Source: Longimicrobiales bacterium (GTDB lineage Bacteria > Gemmatimonadota > Gemmatimonadetes > Longimicrobiales > Gaopeijiaceae). Taken from it: a stretch of 64,000 nucleotides of DNA. The stretch is from the NCBI GenBank assembly GCA_965219445.1, contig CBDCNQ010000005.1, forward strand, positions 1,152,001-1,216,000. Direction: 5' to 3'. The notes under the pieces are model-generated. The model was not told where the DNA came from, did no database searches, and was given only the letters and a program-made list of their open reading frames with translations. The first letter of the stretch is position 1. Every line of letters begins with the position of its first letter. This document shows, in pieces, positions 58,707-64,000 of this stretch. Position numbers and translations under genes: made by a program.

Positions 58707-59264
58707 GTGAGCCGGCGACTCGATCTGAGAAGGCTTCGCCTGAGGGCCGTCTGGCTTCTCATCATCCCGTTCTACGTCTATGCGTCCCCTTCGGCGATTC
58801 TGTTGGCGTGGGGTGCTGGCGTGAGCACGGCCGGCCTTGCGCTGCGATCCTGGGCTGCAGGGTCCATTCAGAAGGACCAGGAATTGGCCACGACCGGACC
58901 GTATGCCCATACACGGAATCCACTATACATGGGCAGCTTTCTTCTCGGCGCCGGGGTGACGGTCGCTGGCGGGCAGTGGGTGTTCGGTGTGGCGTTTCTG
59001 GTGTTCTTCGTTTTGGTCTACCGCGCGACGGTGCTCCGCGAGGTCTCCGAGTTAGAGGCGCGTTTCGGAGAGCGGTACCGCGTCTACAAGGCCCAGGTGC
59101 CGTCGGTGCTGCCCAGACTCACCGCCTACGAGGGCGAGCCCTCAGACTCGCCGCCGGTAGCCTTCTCCAAAGCTCGCTACATGCGGAACCGCGAATGGGA
59201 GGCGGTACTCGGAGCGGCTGCGGTGTTCGGCTTGCTGGCCTTGAAGCTTGAACTCTGGCCTTGA
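58707..59264 (+). CDS. Isoprenylcysteine carboxylmethyltransferase/PEMT family protein
   Basis: TTGPYAHTRNPLY, RFGERY..Y...VP. Confidence 0.85.
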   Translation: MSRRLDLRRLRLRAVWLLIIPFYVYASPSAILLAWGAGVSTAGLALRSWAAGSIQKDQELATTGPYAHTRNPLYMGSFLLGAGVTVAGGQWVFGVAFLVFFVLVYRATVLREVSELEARFGERYRVYKAQVPSVLPRLTAYEGEPSDSPPVAFSKARYMRNREWEAVLGAAAVFGLLALKLELWP

Positions 59265-59272
59265 GGCGTGAC

Positions 59273-59707
59273 CTATTCGATCCCGACCTGGCGCTGCAGC
59301 CAGCGAATGTAGCCCACGATCTCCAGAACTGTCTGGTCCGTTACACCGGGCAGGGGCGGCATGTCTCCAAATCTCCAGTGATGGGCCTGAACACCGTTGC
59401 GCGCGGCCAAGATGAAGGCCACATCCGCATGGTGGCTCGGTTCATAGATGATGTGCACGAGGGGCGGCCCCTGGGTCGTGCCGTCACCGGCCGAACCATG
59501 GCAGACACTGCAGTTTTCCTCGAATAGCGCTTTACCCTGCGCCACTTCGGGAGGAGACGTTGTCGCGATCTGGCGGAGCAGGACCTGGACTTCGTCGACC
59601 GGCGGGGGCTCGGACTGAGGCTGCTCGGGCTCAGGAGTGCATCCCGTGCCGATGGTGGCGAGCAAGACAGCCGTTGTCACGGTCCAGAGCCCGGATATTC
59701 TGTTCAT
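59273..59707 (-). CDS. Cytochrome c lipoprotein
   Basis: CSVCH, GPPL, HHWRFGDMP. Confidence 0.85.
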   Translation of the reverse strand: MNRISGLWTVTTAVLLATIGTGCTPEPEQPQSEPPPVDEVQVLLRQIATTSPPEVAQGKALFEENCSVCHGSAGDGTTQGPPLVHIIYEPSHHADVAFILAARNGVQAHHWRFGDMPPLPGVTDQTVLEIVGYIRWLQRQVGIE

Positions 59708-59748
59708 GGTCACGTTTGCTCCGTGTAATTGGCGACACCAAGCCAGAG

Positions 59749-60795
59749 TCACAGATAGGTACGTGCAGCCACGTCTACCTTCTCGAGGACCATGTCGACC
59801 GTGATTCGCTTCATGCCGTCTCTCCGCTCGGTAGAAATCGGATATTCCTCGCCTGGGAACTCCGCGTAACCATCGACCACGAGGTCGTAGTAACGCCGGT
59901 AGGGCCCCGTGCGCTTCGGATTCGTGTATCCGTAGATACCGACGACGGGCGTGTCGAGGGCCCGACTGATATGTAAAGGTCCGGTGTCCGGGCTTACAGT
60001 CAAGACGCTACCGTCGAGGAGATAGACGAGGCGGCGCAGGTCGTCCCCGAGTGCGTCCACCGGGTGGGCTTTCGTCGAGCTGAGAATCTCGTCCGCCATC
60101 TGGCGTTCGAGCTGGGAAGATCCGCCGACGAGAACCGGTTGCAGCCCATGCGTCGACTCGATCACCTCCAGAACTCGCGCGTATCCCTCCGCGGTCCAGT
60201 TCTTCTTGGTCTTGGTCGTGCCAACCACAACAGAACAGGCGGGCTTGTCCAATTGGGAGAAGAACGATGCTTGGTCTTCACGTTCCGCGTCCGTGATTGG
60301 GATGCCCCACTCCACGGGCTCTGGATCGATGCCTAAGTAGCGCAGGAACTCGAAGTATTGCTCCTGCACGTGCTGGGGGGAGTGAGGAGGAATGCGCTCG
60401 TTCGTGAAAATCCAGTTACCGTCGCGCGCGCGTGCGGTGTCGAAGCCCAGCTTTCTCTCCGCCGGGAGCATGCCGACGATAACACCCGCTTTGAAATAGA
60501 CCTGGAGCGCGAGCGCGAGATCGAAGTCCCTCCCTCGCACGTAGTGGGCGAGGTCGGCGAAGTTGGTCCAGGATCGTAGTCCGCGTCGCCGCCTCTCGTA
60601 CACGATGAGCTCATCAACCGAGGGGTGTCCCTCGACGAGCGTCTTGGGAGTGGGTTGAATAATCCACGAAATCTGAACATCCGGCCATGCGCGCTTCATC
60701 GCGTTCACCACCGGGAGCACGTGGACGACGTCGCCGATGGCGCTCAGCATCACGATGCACACGCTGCGGATAGGTCCGTTTTCCGAGGGGGTCAT
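59749..60795 (-). CDS. Glycosyltransferase family 9 (heptosyltransferase)
   Basis: LSAIGDV, DTGPLH. Confidence 0.9.
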   Translation of the reverse strand: MTPSENGPIRSVCIVMLSAIGDVVHVLPVVNAMKRAWPDVQISWIIQPTPKTLVEGHPSVDELIVYERRRRGLRSWTNFADLAHYVRGRDFDLALALQVYFKAGVIVGMLPAERKLGFDTARARDGNWIFTNERIPPHSPQHVQEQYFEFLRYLGIDPEPVEWGIPITDAEREDQASFFSQLDKPACSVVVGTTKTKKNWTAEGYARVLEVIESTHGLQPVLVGGSSQLERQMADEILSSTKAHPVDALGDDLRRLVYLLDGSVLTVSPDTGPLHISRALDTPVVGIYGYTNPKRTGPYRRYYDLVVDGYAEFPGEEYPISTERRDGMKRITVDMVLEKVDVAARTYL

Positions 60796-61613
60796 GATGC
60801 CCTCCCTTCGCCAAGCAATTGGTCTATCTCGTCGATAGTCAGGTCCCCCTCTCCGTCATTTTGGAACTGCGGGCGAGTGCGTTCGAGCTTGCGGATTGAA
60901 CGAGCGAGCCGGCGTCGAAGCCTTGTGGCATCCCCGGGGAAGCTGGGCCCCACCACCCTGCACCCATCCAGGTCGACGAGGATAGCATGGACGCGCTCCC
61001 CCTCTCGTGCAATGAGGACGTTCTCGGCATTGAGATCCGGATGATGGACGCCCGCCTTCGCCAAGCACGTAATCAGTTCGGCGGCGCAAGCCATCGCCTC
61101 GCGGCGTGTGTTCCTGCCAATCAATCCACCCGAGGTGCCGGTCCCCCCGAACAGTACATCGGCGAGAGTTCGGGCGTGAGGCACGAATTCGGTGACCAAG
61201 TCGGCCCGGTAGAGGAGGCCGCGCGGATATGCCGCTGCGGCCACGACTCGGGGTGTGGCCAAGCCCAAATCCTCGATCCGTCTGCTGTTCTCCGCTTCGA
61301 TGAAGCTCCTCGGTGTTCCCGCCCGAAGAAAGCGGTCGCCGAAGGGTCTCATGAGCCCGCCTCTGTAGTACCGCCGAACCACCCACTGCGGCCCGACGCC
61401 CTCGGGATTCGTCAGGACCGGAACCGGCCCCCTTCCCCGGAATGTCCTGTCAGCCGAATCCCGTGCGGCTCGGTACAGGGACCCGTACGCCGAGACCGCT
61501 TGACGACTCCAGGCTACCGCCTCGGTCCGCGCCCAGATCTGGGCCCCTCCGACCGTCATCCGCTCGAATCCTCGGGGCCAGGATCTCTCCGAGAACGCAT
61601 TGGCGTCTCTCAT
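60792..61613 (-). CDS. Kdo kinase / LPS kinase family
   Basis: RRYYRGG, YRADLVT, HPDLNAENVL, VDLD, RL.RS..K. Confidence 0.85.
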   Translation of the reverse strand: MRDANAFSERSWPRGFERMTVGGAQIWARTEAVAWSRQAVSAYGSLYRAARDSADRTFRGRGPVPVLTNPEGVGPQWVVRRYYRGGLMRPFGDRFLRAGTPRSFIEAENSRRIEDLGLATPRVVAAAAYPRGLLYRADLVTEFVPHARTLADVLFGGTGTSGGLIGRNTRREAMACAAELITCLAKAGVHHPDLNAENVLIAREGERVHAILVDLDGCRVVGPSFPGDATRLRRRLARSIRKLERTRPQFQNDGEGDLTIDEIDQLLGEGRAS

Positions 61614-62704
61614 CACTGGTGCCCAACTCCGTATCGCTTGCCGGCCCAGCGGACACGCTCCAAGACGTCGGTCACCATAATTTCTGACATTCGTCCAGGG
61701 CGTGGCCCATAGTGGGCTGGGACACGGGCCTCGCCGGGATCGGTGTATCGATCCACGATCAGGTCTTGATACTTTTCGTAGGGGCCGACTCGCCATGGAT
61801 TGGTATGGCCGAAGAGACCGATCACAGGGACGCCCATCGCATGTGCAATATGGAGCGCTCCGGTGTCTGGGCTGATGACGAGATCACACCCGCGGATGCT
61901 CCAGATCAGTTGCCTCACGGAGTCGGACAACGCCGACCTTGCGGCTCCACTGTCATCCAAGATGACCTGGGCCGTCGTCTGCTCCGCCTTCCCGGGCCCT
62001 CCCAACAGTAGCACGTCGAATCCGAACTCGGCCTCCAGGGAGCGTGCAAGTGACACGTATCGGTTGGTCGGCCAATCCTTTGCCGGGTTGGCCGTACCCA
62101 ACACGAGCCCCACGACGGTCGCACCCTCCGAGGCCAAAAAAAAAGTCTCGGCATCCGATTCCTCTTGCTTCGTGAGGGTGATGTCCCACTCCAACGACTC
62201 CGGTCTTTCGACGCCCACGGCATCCAGGAACTCCAAGAACAGATCCTGGGTATGGCGCCACTCCCCTCCCGGTGTGTACTCGGTGTTGACGAGCCGGACC
62301 CCGTCGCGAGTCCTGGAGGGCGCGAGGCCCACTCGCACAGGGGCGCCGGAGAAGTACGCCGGGAAGATGCTCTTGCCGTACCGTTGCATATTCAAAGTGA
62401 GATCGCACGACGGTCCGACGCGAAAGGTTCTCCAGAGGTCGTATACCCCGAGGGGACCCCGCTCCGGCCGGAATACGATTACCTCGTCCACTGCAGGGTG
62501 GTGCTCGAGAACCTGTGCGGGTGCGGGCTCGGCGACCCAGACGATCTTCCGGGCTGGCCGATCGCGTTTGAGTGCCACCGCGACGGGTAATCCGTGAACG
62601 ACGTCCCCAATGCCCGAAAGAAGGACGATGCAAACACGGTCGCCTCGGACTGCTCGCGCCATGGCGCTCCGAGAGTCTTGGCCACGGGCCCCCTCGTGGA
62701 TCAC
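61613..62704 (-). CDS. Glycosyltransferase family 9
   Basis: LSGIGDV, KDWP, DTGALH; paralogue of 59749-60795. Confidence 0.9.
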   Translation of the reverse strand: MIHEGARGQDSRSAMARAVRGDRVCIVLLSGIGDVVHGLPVAVALKRDRPARKIVWVAEPAPAQVLEHHPAVDEVIVFRPERGPLGVYDLWRTFRVGPSCDLTLNMQRYGKSIFPAYFSGAPVRVGLAPSRTRDGVRLVNTEYTPGGEWRHTQDLFLEFLDAVGVERPESLEWDITLTKQEESDAETFFLASEGATVVGLVLGTANPAKDWPTNRYVSLARSLEAEFGFDVLLLGGPGKAEQTTAQVILDDSGAARSALSDSVRQLIWSIRGCDLVISPDTGALHIAHAMGVPVIGLFGHTNPWRVGPYEKYQDLIVDRYTDPGEARVPAHYGPRPGRMSEIMVTDVLERVRWAGKRYGVGHQ

Positions 62705-63108
62705 GCTGTGGACGTCCCGGGGAGCTCCATGAGGAAAAGGGACGGGCCTTCGTGGTCCCGTCCCTTGATCCGGATCCGAAAACGGTACGTACCGGGCTCT
62801 GGAAAGATTACCTCCTTGAGGGGCATGACGATGCGAGTGCGGGCGGGAGGGCGATCCGGGTCACGCCGGTCCACGTCCGAGTGCCCCTGGATCGTCATGC
62901 TGGATTGGCCTGACGGCCCCGTCAGGTCCACCTCGAAGTCGTAATGGCCCAGATCGTCGCGGCTCCACTCCACCGCCAATACCAACACCATATCATGCTT
63001 GGCTGGGAACCCGGGGGCCGCGAGATCATTGAAGACGCCTCGTAGGTCGAGCTTCCCGTCCGCGGTTTGCTCGGCGTGGTCACAGACAAGGGCCAGTTGC
63101 AATCGCAT
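62701..63108 (-). CDS. Conserved hypothetical protein (DUF6941-like)
   Basis: LVCDHA..DGKL...GVF..FP; FPEPGTY. Confidence 0.6.
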   Translation of the reverse strand: MRLQLALVCDHAEQTADGKLDLRGVFNDLAAPGFPAKHDMVLVLAVEWSRDDLGHYDFEVDLTGPSGQSSMTIQGHSDVDRRDPDRPPARTRIVMPLKEVIFPEPGTYRFRIRIKGRDHEGPSLFLMELPGTSTA

Positions 63109-63142
63109 CGAAGCTAGAGAGCTGAGGAAGTACGGTGCACGG

Positions 63143-64000
63143 TCAGAGGTCCCCGGCGGGCCCCCATCCTCCTCCGCTCGGCGAACGAATACTGATGATG
63201 TCGCCGATTTGTGCGAAGAACGTAACCTTCGCCGGAAGCGGTTCTTCACTGCCGTCTCGGATGAGGACGTTTTGGCCGGGGCTCCCGTCGTGTCCGTCGC
63301 GTGTACCCGAAGGCCTTCGCTCCCGGCGTTCGGAGAGCAGCGTCACTGTTCCCTCGCACAGTAGCTGTAGGTCTCTGCGGAGACCGTCCCCACCCCGATG
63401 AGTCCCGGCGCCCCCACTCCTGCGCCTCAACGAGTACTGAGTGATCCGAAAGGGATATGCGTGTTCGAGAGCCTCGATCGGCGTGTTCAGGGAGTTCGAC
63501 ATATGGGTGTGCACACCGGAAAGTCCATGCCCGGTCGGACCGGCGCCCATTCCCCCCCCAACGGTCTCGTAGTAGGCGAAATTGTCTCCGTTCCTAGGGT
63601 CCACACCCCCAACGGTGGTGTTGTTCATCGTGCCTTGGGAGAGTGCCGGCATGAGGTCCGGAAGCGCCTTCGCGAAGGCACGGAAGAGGACATCGGTGAT
63701 TCGCTGGCTCGTCTCGACGTTTCCGGCTGCAACGCTTGCAGGAGGGCCGGCGTTCACGACCGAGTTTTCCGGAAGAATCAGCCTGACCATCGACATGGAG
63801 CCGCCTCCGGCCGGGAGCGATTCGCCCAGAAGCGCCTCCACGACGCAGCGCACAGTGTACCTCGTGGCGGAGTCGGTGATGGCGCTTACGGCGTTGACTC
63901 CGCCACGCACTTGAGGGCTGCTCCCCGTGAAGTCGACGTCGAGACCATCCCCGCGCCGGGTGAGCCTCACGCGAACCGGGATGTCCACGGTTCCGAAACC
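63143..64000 (-). CDS. Hydantoinase B/oxoprolinase (5' end outside window)
   Basis: DFTGSSPQ, GNVETSQR, SQGTMNN, YYET.GGG, NTPIE, GGGWG. Confidence 0.92.
   Translation of the reverse strand, partial: GFGTVDIPVRVRLTRRGDGLDVDFTGSSPQVRGGVNAVSAITDSATRYTVRCVVEALLGESLPAGGGSMSMVRLILPENSVVNAGPPASVAAGNVETSQRITDVLFRAFAKALPDLMPALSQGTMNNTTVGGVDPRNGDNFAYYETVGGGMGAGPTGHGLSGVHTHMSNSLNTPIEALEHAYPFRITQYSLRRRSGGAGTHRGGDGLRRDLQLLCEGTVTLLSERRERRPSGTRDGHDGSPGQNVLIRDGSEEPLPAKVTFFAQIGDIISIRSPSGGGWGPAGDL

Noticed and set aside
1..64000. CRISPR array
   Set aside because: No run of equal-length repeats with unique spacers; all repeats are dispersed or only 2-3 units.

Overview
High-GC bacterial DNA. The gene content (Ig-repeat lipoproteins, M6 protease, kinase remnant, LPS cluster) suggests Gemmatimonadota; this is inference only. 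Positions 1-23.4 kb hold housekeeping and metabolic genes: ccmH, HAD, a split PEP-utilising phosphotransferase, HDAC, carB, nth, an NSS transporter, glyQS, nfuA, madLM plus an acyl-CoA synthetase, and TRAP genes. Positions 55.3-64 kb hold an LPS/envelope cluster and a hydantoinase B gene. Between them is a ~32 kb nested mobile region, bounded by two unrelated 5'-truncated host genes (dctM, msbA-like). The main finding is a hierarchy of elements. (i) A putative ~21 kb tyrosine-recombinase element (23377-44780) is defined by repeated left- and right-end sequences, and both ends recur at 54.8-55.1 kb. (ii) Inside it are two small P4-type-integrase elements (28878-36947 and 38213-43521). Each has exact att direct repeats and shared GTGATACA arm motifs, each is inserted into a core locus of the larger element, and each carries relaxase-free copies of a ColE1-like oriT. 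(iii) An adjacent ColE1-type mobCABD cassette has the matching oriT. Cargo includes a single-chain R-M enzyme, two PIN TA pairs, a GIY-YIG nuclease, a primase-helicase and TerB. IS256, IS5 and IS21 insertions are also present. Several host genes have single frameshifts or TAG stops at CCWGG sites, so sequence error is possible. All product calls come from motif recognition, not database searches.
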